Under the pieces are notes generated by a model, which saw only the letters and a list, made by a program, of their open reading frames with translations, was not told where the DNA came from and did no database searches. The position numbers were made by a program, and so were the translations under genes. This document shows, piece by piece, positions 40,872-51,784 of a stretch of DNA of 64,000 nucleotides. The DNA is from Terriglobia bacterium. Lineage in GTDB: Bacteria; Acidobacteriota; Terriglobia; JAJPHL01; JAPKYU01. Location of the stretch: contig CBDBKE010000004.1 in the NCBI GenBank assembly GCA_965206645.1, positions 1,024,001-1,088,000 of the forward strand, given 5' to 3'. Numbering within the stretch: the stretch's first letter is position 1; every line of letters begins with the position of its first letter.

Positions 40872-42370
40872 CAGCAGACTCCTTCCCGGAGCAGGGTCAG
40901 ATAGTCGGCGGCGGCTGTGGTGGCCACCTGCGTCGCCGGCAGGTGCGGATAGTGCTCCAGGTCCAGCCGCGCCGGCCGCTGCTCGATCCGGCCCAGCAGC
41001 AGATGCTTGACCGCGTCAGACCAGATCGCCCCCAGCCGCAAGGCGTCCTCGACGGCCAGCGACACTTCCGTCCAACGGAACGTCTCCAGCCGTCGCAGGA
41101 CCTGCACATACTCCCGCTTGCCCTTCTTGCCTAACCGCGCCTCCATCAGCCGCCGCAGTTGCGCGAAGCCTTCCGGCAACTCCCAGCCGGCCAGGGGGGC
41201 GGCCTGGTTCAACGCGTTCGGCTTCTGCTCCAGCAGCGCCAGATAGTGCAACGGATCGAAGATCATCTCTTCCCGTTCCTAGCTCCGGACATGGCGTGCG
41301 ATCACTTCGCTCGCTGCACAGATCACCACTTCCTCGACGAATCCCTTCACCAGCACCTCCCGGTGCCCCCAAGCCACCGGCACCGAATAGTCGTTGGATC
41401 GATACCGCACCAGCGACAGTGACGTCACCCGTGTGGTCCGTTTGTCGCAGGCCTCATAGGGCGTCGCCGGCAGGGGCAGCAGCCTCTGTTGATCCTTCGC
41501 GAACCGCTCGCCGATCGTCTCTTGATGTCCTCGCAGACGCCGCTCTCGCCGCCGGGTGCACTGTTCCCGCAGCTTCGCGTGCAACTCCTCCCAGCTGGCA
41601 CACCGCGGCACCGGCACCAGGAAGTTCCGCCGCACGTAACCCACTAGTCCTTCCACTTTCCCTTTGTCATTGCCCTTGCCCGGTCGTCCGAACTTCTCCG
41701 CAAACAGGTAGTGACTCTGCAGTTCGGAGAACGCCCGCGTCTTGTTCCGTGTTCCGTCACCCAGGATCTGCCTCACCGCCAGCTTGGTGTTGTCGTACAG
41801 GATCGTGCGAGGCACTCCGCCGAAGTAGCCGAACGCCTGGTTGTGCCCTTCTAAGAACGCTTCGGTCGTCTCAGCCGGAAACGCCATCACGAAGCAGTCG
41901 TCCGATTGCGGCAGCTCCATCACGAAATAGTGCGCCTTGCGCTCCACCCCGCCGATCACCACTTGCGCTTCGCCAAAGTCGGCCTGGGCCTCCCCCGGTG
42001 GATGCTCCAGCGGCACGAACATCTCCCGCTGGCTCAGCTTCCGCAGCCGCACGTAGTCCTTCACGATGGTGTAGCCGCCCGGGAATCCGTGCTCCTCCCG
42101 CAGCCGCTCAAAAACCCGCTTGGCCGTGTGGCGTTGCTTCTTGCTCTGGGCCTTATCTTGCTCCAGGATCTGGTCGATGATCCCCACCCAGGCATCCAGC
42201 TTCGGCCGCCGCGCCGGCTGCTGCCGCCGATAGCCCGGAGGGATCGAGTACCGCAGCATCTTGCGGACCGTCTCGCGGGCTAGCCCGAACTGCCGCGCCG
42301 CCTCCCGTTCACTGATCCCCTCAACCTGAACTGCTCGTCGAACACGCGCATAGAGTTCCACTGTGTGCAC
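40871..42370 (-). pseudogene. istA: IS21 transposase with premature TAG at 41279
   Basis: AQADFG, YDNTK, KGKVEG; frame continues into DPLHYLALLEQKP after the stop. Confidence 0.9.
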
Positions 42371-42503
42371 ACCTCCGGTGTTTCACGAAACACATCAGAA
42401 TCACAATGTTTGATGGAATCGAACTGCGCTGGTCTAATTTTGCACCGCCAGAAACCGCCGCTTACGCGGCGCTCCCTGGTCTATTATTGCTCCGGCGTTC
42501 ATA

Positions 42504-43333
42504 CCCGTGTCTCGGCTGACCCGACTTTTCGTCTGATCGGCTCGAAGAAGAACTGGGATCGCGGCGGGGCGCTCACCTCACGGCGGCAAAGCTTTGAGGC
42601 AGAGCTGCTGGCCAGTGAAGAGAACCTGCTGGGGCTGATGGCGGTGAACCGCGAGTTGGTCGCGCAGGCCGATTCCGAGCGCGTCGTGCTCGACATGGAC
42701 TCCACGGAAAGCCCGGTACACGGGCCACAGGAAGGCAGCGACTACAACGGCCACTTCCAGTCGGTTTGTTATCACCCTCTGTTGCTGTTCAACCAGGACG
42801 ACGACTGTCTGGCAGCGAAGCTGCGACCGGGCAACGTGCACAGCGCCGAGGACTGGGATGAGCTGCTGCTGCCCGAGATCGAGCGCCAACAGGCCGAAGG
42901 GAAACACGTGACGTTCCGGGCCGACGCAGCCTTCGCCAAGCCGGAGATTTACGAAGCGTTGGAGCAGCGTGGCGTCGACTACGTGCTTCGCATTCCGGCC
43001 AACAAGAACCTGGAGTTAGAGATCGAAGATATGCTGTTCCGTCCGCCGGGCAGGCCCTCCCGGAAACCCTTGGTGCGCTATAAGAGCTTTCAGTATCCGG
43101 CCGCGAGCTGGTCCCAGCCACGACGGATTGTTGCGAAAGCCGAGCAGCATCAGGGGGAGTTATTCCCGCGACCCGGCTTCATCGTCACCAACATGACCCT
43201 GCCGAGCCGCTCGCTGGTGCGCTTCTACAACAAGCGCGGGACGGCCGAGCAATGGATTAAAGAAGGCAAGCAGGCGACGCACTGGACGCGGCTGTCGTGT
43301 CATCGCTTCCGGGCGAACGAAGTGCGACTGTAG
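42504..43333 (+). pseudogene. IS1380-family transposase fragment
   Basis: LDMDST..HG.QEG, LRPGNVHSA, RADAAF, FYNKRGTAEQWIKEGK. Confidence 0.85.
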
Positions 43334-43528
43334 CTCAGCGTGCTGGGGGTGTGGCCGCCGTCCCCCTCGGCAATCCCCAGCAGATCGCCAAGCTCCCGCG
43401 TCACTTCAACCGGCTTGCCGCTATTAAGCGCCTGCCAGAATTCTTCCTCGGTGTCCACCGCGAGCACCGTCCGTGGCTTTCTCTTTCGATAATCATGTGT
43501 TCCCCTTTCCGCCCCGAAAGATCCTTTC

Positions 43529-43864
43529 CTAACCAGGGGTGGTAGTAAGAACCCTGTAAAGCAGACCGAAGACGGGGACGGCCAGCAGAACGATCAGCGG
43601 CCAGATCACGCGCCAGACCACTTGTCGCAGGTCGTCAATGCGGGCTCCTTGCGCTTTGATTTCGGCCTTAACTTCGTTGATCTGGGCCTCAAGACGGGCC
43701 CCTTGGGAGTCGATCTTGGCTCCGAGGACAGTAATGACATTCTGGCTGGCTATTTGGCGGATTTCCTCAATAGCAGTATGAACTACCTGGGGATCCGGTT
43801 CGGGGCTGCTCAGGGCTTTATAGAGCGCGTCGGTAGGGGGTTCAGCTGGGGTTGCCATTCTCAT
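43529..43864 (-). CDS. coiled-coil protein with C-terminal TM helix
   Basis: AAGGAG RBS, heptad-like region, hydrophobic C-terminus. Confidence 0.6.
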   Translation of the reverse strand: MRMATPAEPPTDALYKALSSPEPDPQVVHTAIEEIRQIASQNVITVLGAKIDSQGARLEAQINEVKAEIKAQGARIDDLRQVVWRVIWPLIVLLAVPVFGLLYRVLTTTPG

Positions 43865-44053
43865 TCTCCTTGATTGGGCAGATCAAAGAGTGCTCGATCT
43901 TGATCCCGTTCCAAGAATACCTCAAGCCCCTTTATGAGGCAATCTCTGCTTGTCGGGCTCACCCTAGGTGACGTGCTCCAGGTAGCTACCGCTGACGGCC
44001 TTCGGCGGGGAATCGTCCTCAGATCCCCTTTCTCCTCTTACCAGCCAGGAGCC

Positions 44054-44230
44054 TCAGATCGGCCCGGAGCGGTCAAGGGCGCGTCGGAGGCGCGGCGGCT
44101 GAGATGGCGCGGGCACGCCGTTGAGCACGACGGCGACGGGCTTATCACCGGCGAATCGAACGAGTTCAACGGTTGTGGAGACCGTCTCGATAGCATAGAT
44201 TGCGGGGCGGCATGGGATGAGAATGGGGTA
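44054..44230 (-). pseudogene. ParA-family fragment
   Basis: ILIPCRPAIYAIETV..VAVVLNGVP. Confidence 0.45.
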
Positions 44231-44384
44231 GAGCAATGGCCGTGGCAGCAACCACCGTCAAGAAACCGTCAAAAAACTCGCCCATCAAGCGGGCTAGCCG
44301 TAGGCGTTGCGAGCGAAAGCAGACGCCCCGAAGTTGTGTAAGAGCAACGAGAGGAAAGAGTTGGTAGAAAACCGTGGAAGACGC

Positions 44385-44804
44385 CATCCTGCCTGTATTC
44401 AATCTGGTCATCAGGTACGATTCGATATCTTCCGGTGTGATGTCCGATAGTCTGTTCTTGCCGAACCGGGGCCTCAGGAACTTCAACGCGCCGAGGTTTT
44501 GCAGGTGGGTCTTCTCGCTCCGGAAGGGTGGTTTGGAGCGGTTCTCAAGGAACCAGTCCGCCCACTCGTTGAACCTGATCTCCCCGCTCGGCGCGGCGCT
44601 CGGCAGCAGCCCCTCGTCGCGAGCCACCAACCGTTTGCGCATCACCTTCTCGGCCTCCCCTTTTTCTCTCTGCCCTGTCGAGGTCTGTCTCCACCTCCCG
44701 TTCTGCTCTCGATAGCTCATCCACCAGACGCGTGAATTGCGCCGCAGGTACAGGCTACCAGCGGTATTTCTCGGTCTACCTGTCTTGTTCATCGATTCCT
44801 CCAT
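44385..44804 (-). pseudogene. integrase N-terminal half
   Basis: GSLYLR..WWMSY, RFNEWADWFLE..RSEKTH, homologous to the integrase at 49547-50622; no catalytic domain. Confidence 0.8.
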
Positions 44805-45015
44805 TCACATGAAATTGCTGACGCCACTCGGCCAGCTCCGACCGTCGGAAGCGGATCGAGCGGCCCATCATGCGGAAATGGGGAATCTGCTTTCGCTCGA
44901 CGTAAGCATACACCAGCGAGGGGCTGACACCCAAGAAGTGGGCGGCGGCCTTCACCGTGATCGGGGCAGCTGTCGCTTCTCCGTTAAGGCTCATCTTTCC
45001 CTCCCTACTCTCCAT
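44776..45015 (-). CDS. excisionase-like HTH protein
   Basis: ITVKAAAHFLGVS..VY..IPHFRM..IRFRRSEL..W; overlaps the integrase start. Confidence 0.85.
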   Translation of the reverse strand: MESREGKMSLNGEATAAPITVKAAAHFLGVSPSLVYAYVERKQIPHFRMMGRSIRFRRSELAEWRQQFHVNGGIDEQDR

Positions 45016-45159
45016 ACGAAACTACAAGGGGGAACTCCGCGCGGAGAGTCCGTTGCGATTCCTCGGAGAAGAAGCCGTATTGCTCGGCGATCCAGGCCGG
45101 GACTTCCCGCGTCTCCTCACCGTCCCGGCCGAGCTCCCGGTCGAAGTCCTCGATAGTCT

Positions 45160-46125
45160 TCATCCGTCATCGTGTTCCCTCCGGATCGGCTCGATGAGCC
45201 AGCGGTTCTGTGGCGCGTCGTAACCCTGGACGCGCAGTGCCTCTTCTACGAACCGCCGCCCCTCGCGGCGCGTCATGTGAATCACCATAGCGATACCGTC
45301 CACCACCCCTCGACAGGTGACTTCCCAGGGAAGCTCCCCGCCGCCCTGCATGGCGCAACTGGCGATTCGTGATAAGGCGCTCTCGGCGTTGTTGGCGTGT
45401 ACGGTGGTGAGGGAGCCGCCGTGTCCGGTATTGAGGGCTTGCAATAGATCAGCGGCCTTGCCGCCCCGGACCTCGCCCACCACGATGTGATCCGGGCGGT
45501 GACGCAAGGCGTGGCGCACCAGGTCGCGGATCGTCACCGAGCCGCTGTCGATCCCCCGAGCCTCGAAGCGGACGCAATTAGAGCGATCAATGCGAAGATC
45601 CAGGGTGTCCTCGATGGCGACGATGCGCTCGTCATCTGGTAGTAGTTCGATCAGCGCATTGAGCAGGGTGGTCTTGCCCGATCCGGTTCCGCCGGAAACC
45701 AGGATGTTGCGCCGGGAGCGCAACACCCGCTCGGCTTCCGCCCGCACGTCTTCGGGGAGTGCGCCTTGCTTCACGAGATCATCCGCCGAAAAAGACCGCT
45801 TCCCGAAACGGCGCACGGTGATCGCCACCGTGGGGCTCGCGGGCGGAACACAGATGGCAACCCGCGAGCCGTCGTCCAGGCGCGCATCGACAATCGGCGA
45901 GCTCGCCGGATCCAAGCCCAAAGGCCGGACGATGTGGATGGCCGCCCGTAGGAGGGCCGATTCGTCCAGGCCCGGCGCGTCATGTGCCGTCAACCTTCCG
46001 GCCCGCTCGACCCAGACATTGAACGGCCCGTTAATCATGATCTCGCTGACTTCGGAATCGTCCAGGGCGCTTTCCAATCCCGGTAGAAACGGTTTCAGGT
46101 GTTCCAGTCCGCTCGCGGCGCTCAT
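45160..46125 (-). CDS. virB11: VirB11/TrbB/CpaF-family secretion ATPase
   Basis: VSEIMING, VDARL.DGSR, GGTGSGKTT, RHRPDHIVVGEVRG, NTGHGG. Confidence 0.85.
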   Translation of the reverse strand: MSAASGLEHLKPFLPGLESALDDSEVSEIMINGPFNVWVERAGRLTAHDAPGLDESALLRAAIHIVRPLGLDPASSPIVDARLDDGSRVAICVPPASPTVAITVRRFGKRSFSADDLVKQGALPEDVRAEAERVLRSRRNILVSGGTGSGKTTLLNALIELLPDDERIVAIEDTLDLRIDRSNCVRFEARGIDSGSVTIRDLVRHALRHRPDHIVVGEVRGGKAADLLQALNTGHGGSLTTVHANNAESALSRIASCAMQGGGELPWEVTCRGVVDGIAMVIHMTRREGRRFVEEALRVQGYDAPQNRWLIEPIRREHDDG

Positions 46126-46191
46126 AATTGACCCGCCGCTTTCGCTCTCCAATAGGAGTGTTCTAAGGGCAGATAGTGAGGCTTGAGGTAG

Positions 46192-47441
46192 TGACCAGAC
46201 CGATTTTTTGTACCAACCGTAGTGAGAGTTCACATCGCAGCCTGGGGCTGTGAAACTGGTTTCAGTGGCAGGGGAGGGCTATAGGCCCCCGGCGCCGGGG
46301 GCCTATAGCCGAGCGCCGAGTGCGGCCGCACCGTGTTGTATTGCACCCTCCACTGTTCAATCACCACCTGTGCCTCCTTCAACGAGTAGAAGATCTCTCC
46401 ATTCAGGCATTCGTCCCGCAGCTTCCCATTGAAACTCTCGCAGTACCCGTTCTCCCAGGGACTGCCCGGTTCGATGTACAGTGTCCCGGTCCCTAGATTT
46501 GCCAACCACTGGCGCAGTTGTTTGGCGATGAACTCGGGACCATTGTCGGATCGAATCTGTTCCGGTATCCCTCGCCACAACATCACGTCCGACAACGCCT
46601 CAATGATTTGTTGGCTGCCCATCCTCCGCTCCACCCGGATCGCCAGGCATTCCCGCGTGTACTCATCCAGCAAGGTCAGCAGCCGCAGCGTTCTCCCCTC
46701 GTGCGTTCTGGCACTCATGAAGTCGTAGCTCCACACGTGGTTCGGTCGCTCCGGCCTCAGTCGTACACAGGAACCGTCGTTCAGCCACAGCCGTCCTCGC
46801 GGCCTTTGTTTTTGCGGCACTTTTAGCCCTTCCCGCCGCCAAATCCGCTGCACCCGGTCCTTGCCCACTTCCCAGCCCGCACTCCGCAGCAACGCTGTGA
46901 TCCTCCGGTAGCCATATCGCCCGTACTTCGCTCCCAGGGCAATGATCGCTCGGGTCAGAGCATCCTCGTCCACCCGATGAATCGGCTCGTATCGTTGTGT
47001 CCCTCGCCATTGCCCCAGCAGCCGGCAGGCATGCCGTTCCGACAACCCGTGTTGCTCCCACGCACGCTCCACCGCACAACGCCGCCGCTCAGGGCTCAGA
47101 AGTTTCCCTGTGCCACATCCCGCAGCACCTGCTTCTCCAGAGAAAGCTCCGCTACCAACCGCTTCAGCCGCGTGTTTTCCTTCTCCAACTCCTTTAGCCG
47201 TTTTGCCTGCACCACCTTCAGCCCGCCGTATTCCTTCCGCCACCGGTAGTAGGTTTGGGTGTGGATTCCAGCTTCTTTGCAGGCTTGGGGCGCAGTCTTC
47301 CCGTTCCCCATCTGCACTTCTATCTGCCGTAGCACCGCTACAATCTGCTCCGGCTTGTAACTCCTTGTCGGCATGACCTCACTTCCTCCTCAAGTGGATT
47401 CTCTCTCTTTCCACTTGGTACAAAAAGTGCCGGTCAGGTCA
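46192..47441 (-). mobile_element. IS3-family IS, copy 2
   Basis: reverse complement of 20884-22133 with a few SNPs. Confidence 0.95.
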
Positions 47442-47600
47442 CCCCCACCTGGGTGAGACTCACGCCGCCGTTTCTCTCAGCCGGGCTTGCGCTAGTTCGA
47501 AGCTCCCTTGCATCCGTACCCAATGTTCAGCGTCACTCCATCCGATACGTTCCAACGCCAGCGCCATCGTGGGCGAAACTCCGGCGTGTCCGTTTAGCAG
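47442..47600 (-). repeat. inverted duplicate of the higA 3' end
   Basis: reverse complement of ~26961-27120. Confidence 0.85.
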
Positions 47601-47607
47601 TCGCGAC

Positions 47608-47726
47608 GGTATTGTCAAGTTGAGGCTGACGGCTGTTTTTGATGCTCAGCATGGTGGGTTCGAGACGGGCTGGAGCCCACTATCTTGGGGGTCGATCGAC
47701 GAGCTTTTCGTCAACTTGACAATGCC
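47608..47726 (+). mobile_element. MITE family B, copy 1 (119 bp)
   Basis: TIRs GGTATTGTCAAGTTGA / TCAACTTGACAATGCC. Confidence 0.88.
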
Positions 47727-48122
47727 CCAAATATCGGCCTCGTCACCCCCTCTTGCCGTGAAGACCCCCGCAGGGACGTTCGATTCAGAGCCTGCCCGTT
47801 CAGGAAAGCAAGCCACCTGTATAACGTCGGCTAGGACCACAAGCGGGGAGAATACCCTGTCGGTGCGGAAATAGCGCGTCAGGATGCCATAGGATCCATG
47901 ATCGTGGGGCAGGATAACCCCTGGGCAAGGAGGGATCTCCGGAAAACGAGGACTCAACCCCAAAACCTTCCTTGTGAGGGAAAATCAGAGGAAAGACCAT
48001 GTTGGGGCCTTTTCATGGCCTTGCAAGGGCCGATCGCGGCGGGTCCCCGTGCTTTCCTTAACATTTGACCGGCAATTGCGGTTGATCTACAATACGGTAA
48101 CGTTTCCGGGAGCGAGTGTGAA

Positions 48123-48443
48123 ATGACCAGGCAATCGACAAACGAAGGATCGAAGACGCGTGTCACCCGGCACCGCGCCAAAACGGCCGCTCAGGGATCA
48201 CGACGCGTCGAGGTCACCGTGGCTGCGCGCGATGCGGTACTGATAAAGGCCGTCGGCGGTGCTCTTCGAGCGGGAGGCAAGGACGCTAAAAGGGTGCGTG
48301 AGGCCTTGGCATCAATGACGTCCATTGAACCGGTGCGGACCGGTGCGGAGTTGGTAGCCTTCTTTCGTGCCTCTCCACTCGTCGGCGAAGAACTGATGAT
48401 CGAGCGCGATCAATCCACGGGCCGCTGTGTCGATCTCGAATAA
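48123..48443 (+). CDS. antitoxin partner of VapC
   Basis: TAATG coupling to a PIN toxin; LVAFFRASPL..IERD C-terminus. Confidence 0.7.
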   Translation: MTRQSTNEGSKTRVTRHRAKTAAQGSRRVEVTVAARDAVLIKAVGGALRAGGKDAKRVREALASMTSIEPVRTGAELVAFFRASPLVGEELMIERDQSTGRCVDLE

Positions 48444-48880
48444 TGGCATTCCTAATCGATACAAACGTGATCAGCGAAACGCTCAAACCGCGCCCCGCCG
48501 CCAGGGTGATCGCTTGGTTTGGCGACCAGAGGTCCAATGACCTCTTCCTTGCATCGATGAGCCTCGGAGAACTGGTGCGCGGCGCCCACCGTGTGAAGGA
48601 CAAGGTGAAGAGGGAGCGTTTCAAGAGATGGATCTATCATGATCTGGCCGCCCAATTCCAGGGACGCATCCTTCCTTTCGATCAAGAGGCGGCGGTGATC
48701 TGGGGCGAGATCATGGGCAATGGCGACAGAACCGGCCACCCAAAACCAATGGGCGATGCGCAGATCGCTGCCGTGGCGCGACGGCACGATCTGACGTTGG
48801 TCACACGCAACACCAGGGATTTTACGGATATGGATGTGGCTCTTATCGATCCATGGAAACCCGGCGCATCTTTGGGGTGA
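48443..48880 (+). CDS. vapC: VapC PIN-domain toxin
   Basis: FLIDTNVISE, ILPFD, DAQIAA, LVTRNTRDF. Confidence 0.92.
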   Translation: MAFLIDTNVISETLKPRPAARVIAWFGDQRSNDLFLASMSLGELVRGAHRVKDKVKRERFKRWIYHDLAAQFQGRILPFDQEAAVIWGEIMGNGDRTGHPKPMGDAQIAAVARRHDLTLVTRNTRDFTDMDVALIDPWKPGASLG

Positions 48881-49006
48881 GGGCAACCATTGACCCTCAA
48901 GCGCTCCCTCCCGTGGTTTGTTTAAGGCGCGTGGGAGAATGGGCCGACTGATTGGGAGGAAGCATGAGCATCGAGTTAATCGGCGTCTTTATTGCGGTGC
49001 TGACGA

Positions 49007-49125
49007 GGCATTGTCAAGTTGACGAAAAGCTCGTCGATCGACCCCCAAGATAGTGGGCTCCAGCCCGTCTCGAACCCACCATGCTGAGCATCAAAAACAG
49101 CCGTCAGCCTCAACTTGACAATACC
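49007..49125 (-). mobile_element. MITE family B, copy 2 (inverted)
   Basis: reverse complement of 47608-47726. Confidence 0.88.
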
Positions 49126-49426
49126 ATATTTGGTACCAGTCGTAGTGAGAGACATTACATCACAACCTGGGGCTGTGAAATCAGGTTCCAGACAGGGGTA
49201 TAGGCCCTTGAGTGGGAATAGCAATCTCCCTCGGAGGCGATCTTCAAACAGAGCATCTGCCCACGGCAGACGCTCCCATAAACTTCCTGCTGTGCCAAAA
49301 ATGTGTCAGAAATGCAGGTCAAACAGCCAAAAAGGGTTATGTGCTGAGCGAAAGCAGAGTCCCTGAATGGGTGTAACGCTATGGGAAATAAGGGAGAGAG
49401 TGAAAGGAGAAGAGGAGAGGTAGCCA

Positions 49427-49466
49427 CTTGTAAGGCAGGCGCTCTGACCAACTGAGCTAACCGCCC
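49427..49466 (-). tRNA. 5' half of tRNA-Val(TAC), att-site remnant rather than a functional tRNA
   Basis: GGGCGGTTAGCTCAGTTGGTCAGAGCGCCTGCCTTACAAG, then non-tRNA sequence; no T-arm or 3' acceptor strand. Confidence 0.85.
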
Positions 49467-49542
49467 CTTGGAGTTACTTCCTTTCTTCCCAACCACTTGC
49501 AGATTCTGTTTCATCGGCGAAATCGCTTAAACCGGCCCCAAT

Positions 49543-49596
49543 TGTATCAAAACTGTATCAAAACCCCAGTTTTTTGGGCCCGGAGTGTATCAGAAC
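49543..49596. repeat. putative integrase arm-type repeats
   Basis: TGTATCAAAAC x2 in tandem plus TGTATCAGAAC; related TGTGCCAAAAA-TGTGTCAGAAA at 49291-49312. Confidence 0.6.
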
Positions 49597-50622
49597 CCTG
49601 CTCCTCACCCGCCTGACGGTTTAGACGCCGCAGCGCTTCCCGTTTCATCCCTAGTTTCATCTGCGAGTACTTCTTGAACACCTTCGCATCACTTTGCCGC
49701 AGGAGCTGGGTCACCCACTCGTCTGCCACGCCTCCCGCGCTTAAACGGGTTGCATATGTCGAGCGCAGATCGTAGATCCGGAAGTACGGAACGCCCGCGC
49801 GTTCCAACGTTGTGCGCCAGATCTTCTTGAAGCTCGCCTGGTAGCCGCGCTGATTCCGACCGCTCGGAAACAACCACGGCCCTGGTCCAGCAAGCCAGAG
49901 CTGGTCGCGGAAGGCCTCTACCGCCAAGTCCGTTAGCGGCACCTCCCCCACGCCGGTGGGGGTTTTCGAGTCAGGTATCCAGACCACTGCGTTTGCCAGG
50001 TCGACCTGGTCTTTCCGCATCGGTGCAAGCTCCTTGTAGACCCGTAATCCGGTTTCGGTGATGATCCGGACCAGGTTCCGCAAGTACGGGGGTGCGTGCA
50101 ACTCGATCCGCTGCTGTTCCGACCACGGCATGTAGTGCGGCCGAAACAACCCCTTGACCGTGACCGGGAACTCCGCTGAGTTGCACGGGTTGGCCGCGAT
50201 GAACTTCTTCTTCACCGCGACATTCAACACCCGGCGCAACACGCGAAACTCCTGGTGCACGGTCGCCGGCTTCAGCAGCCCGAGCTCCCGATACCCCAGC
50301 CGTGTCCTGACTCGCTTCTGTTGCCGAAGCCGCCAGCGCAAGTACCCTTCAACGTCCTCTGCGCCGATGGCGGACAACATTTGCGGTCCGAACACGGGCT
50401 TGAGTTGCTTCACCGCGTTTTGGTTGGCTGCGTGCGTCTTCCTACTCCGCAAGGGCGGCTGGGAATAGTGCTCCAGGAAAAAGTCCGCCCACTCGTGAAA
50501 CCTGAGTTGTTGGCCGCGCCGAACGAGCGCGAGCACGTTCTCATCGCGTGCCTGCAATCGTTCACGTAGCCGTGTTTGGGCTTCCTGCCAGTCACTTGTC
50601 TCTGTGGATTCGAGGCGCCGGG
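49547..50622 (-). pseudogene. int: phage-type tyrosine integrase, N-terminus removed by IS3
   Basis: ETGLR, DSKT, YDLRSTYA, LRQ..KKY; 5' end cut at IS copy 3. Confidence 0.85.
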
Positions 50623-51784
50623 TGACCTGACCGGCACTTTTTGTACCAAGTGGAAAGAGAGAGAATCCACTTGAGGAGGAAGTGAGGTCATGCCGACAAG
50701 GAGTTACAAGCCGGAGCAGATTGTAGCGGTGCTACGGCAGATAGAAGTACAGATGGGGAACGGGAAGACTGCGCCCCAAGCCTGCAAAGAAGCTGGAATC
50801 CACACCCAAACCTACTACCGGTGGCGGAAGGAATACGGCGGGCTGAAGGTGGTGCAGGCAAAACGGCTGAAGGAGTTGGAGAAGGAAAACACGCGGCTGA
50901 AGCGGTTGGTAGCGGAGCTTTCTCTGGAGAAGCAGGTGCTGCGGGATGTGGCACAGGGAAACTTCTGAGCCCTGAGCGGCGGCGTTGTGCGGTGGAGCGT
51001 GCGTGGGAGCAACACGGGTTGTCGGAACGGCATGCCTGCCGGCTGCTGGGGCAATGGCGAGGGACACAACGATACGAGCCGATTCATCGGGTGGACGAGG
51101 ATGCTCTGACCCGAGCGATCATTGCCCTGGGAGCGAAGTACGGGCGATATGGCTACCGGAGGATCACAGCGTTGCTGCGGAGTGCGGGCTGGGAAGTGGG
51201 CAAGGACCGGGTGCAGCGGATTTGGCGGCGGGAAGGGCTGAAAGTGCCGCAAAAACAAAGGCCGCGAGGACGGCTGTGGCTGAACGACGGTTCCTGTGTA
51301 CGACTGAGGCCGGAGCGACCGAACCACGTGTGGAGCTACGACTTCATGAGTGCCAGAACGCACGAGGGGAGAACGCTGCGGCTGCTGACCTTGCTGGATG
51401 AGTACACGCGGGAATGCCTGGCGATCCGGGTGGAGCGGAGAATGGGCAGCCAACAAATCATTGAGGCGTTGTCGGACGTGATGTTGTGGCGAGGGATACC
51501 GGAACAGATTCGATCCGACAATGGTCCCGAGTTCATCGCCAAACAACTGCGCCAGTGGTTGGCAAATCTAGGGACCGGGACACTGTACATCGAACCGGGC
51601 AGTCCCTGGGAGAACGGGTACTGCGAGAGTTTCAATGGGAAGCTGCGGGACGAATGCCTGAATGGAGAGATCTTCTACTCGTTGAAGGAGGCACAGGTGG
51701 TGATTGAACAGTGGAGGGTGCAATACAACACGGTGCGGCCGCACTCGGCGCTCGGCTATAGGCCCCCGGCGCCGGGGGCCTATA
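50623..51784 (+). mobile_element. IS3-family IS, copy 3, right end lost at the IS1182 insertion
   Basis: near-identical to copy 1 up to GGGGGCCTATA. Confidence 0.92.

Larger units (their letters stand above)
39917..42503 (-). mobile_element. IS21-family element
   Basis: TGTCAAGGGCGGAG end and imperfect CTCCGGCGTTCATA end; istA and istB inside. Confidence 0.88.

Noticed and set aside
41279-41281. TAG in istA as recoding (pyrrolysine/readthrough)
   Set aside because: Not an evident catalytic position and no supporting signal; a nonsense mutation in a decaying IS is simpler
49390-49466. Functional tRNA-Val
   Set aside because: Similarity ends after the anticodon loop; no T-arm or 3' acceptor strand
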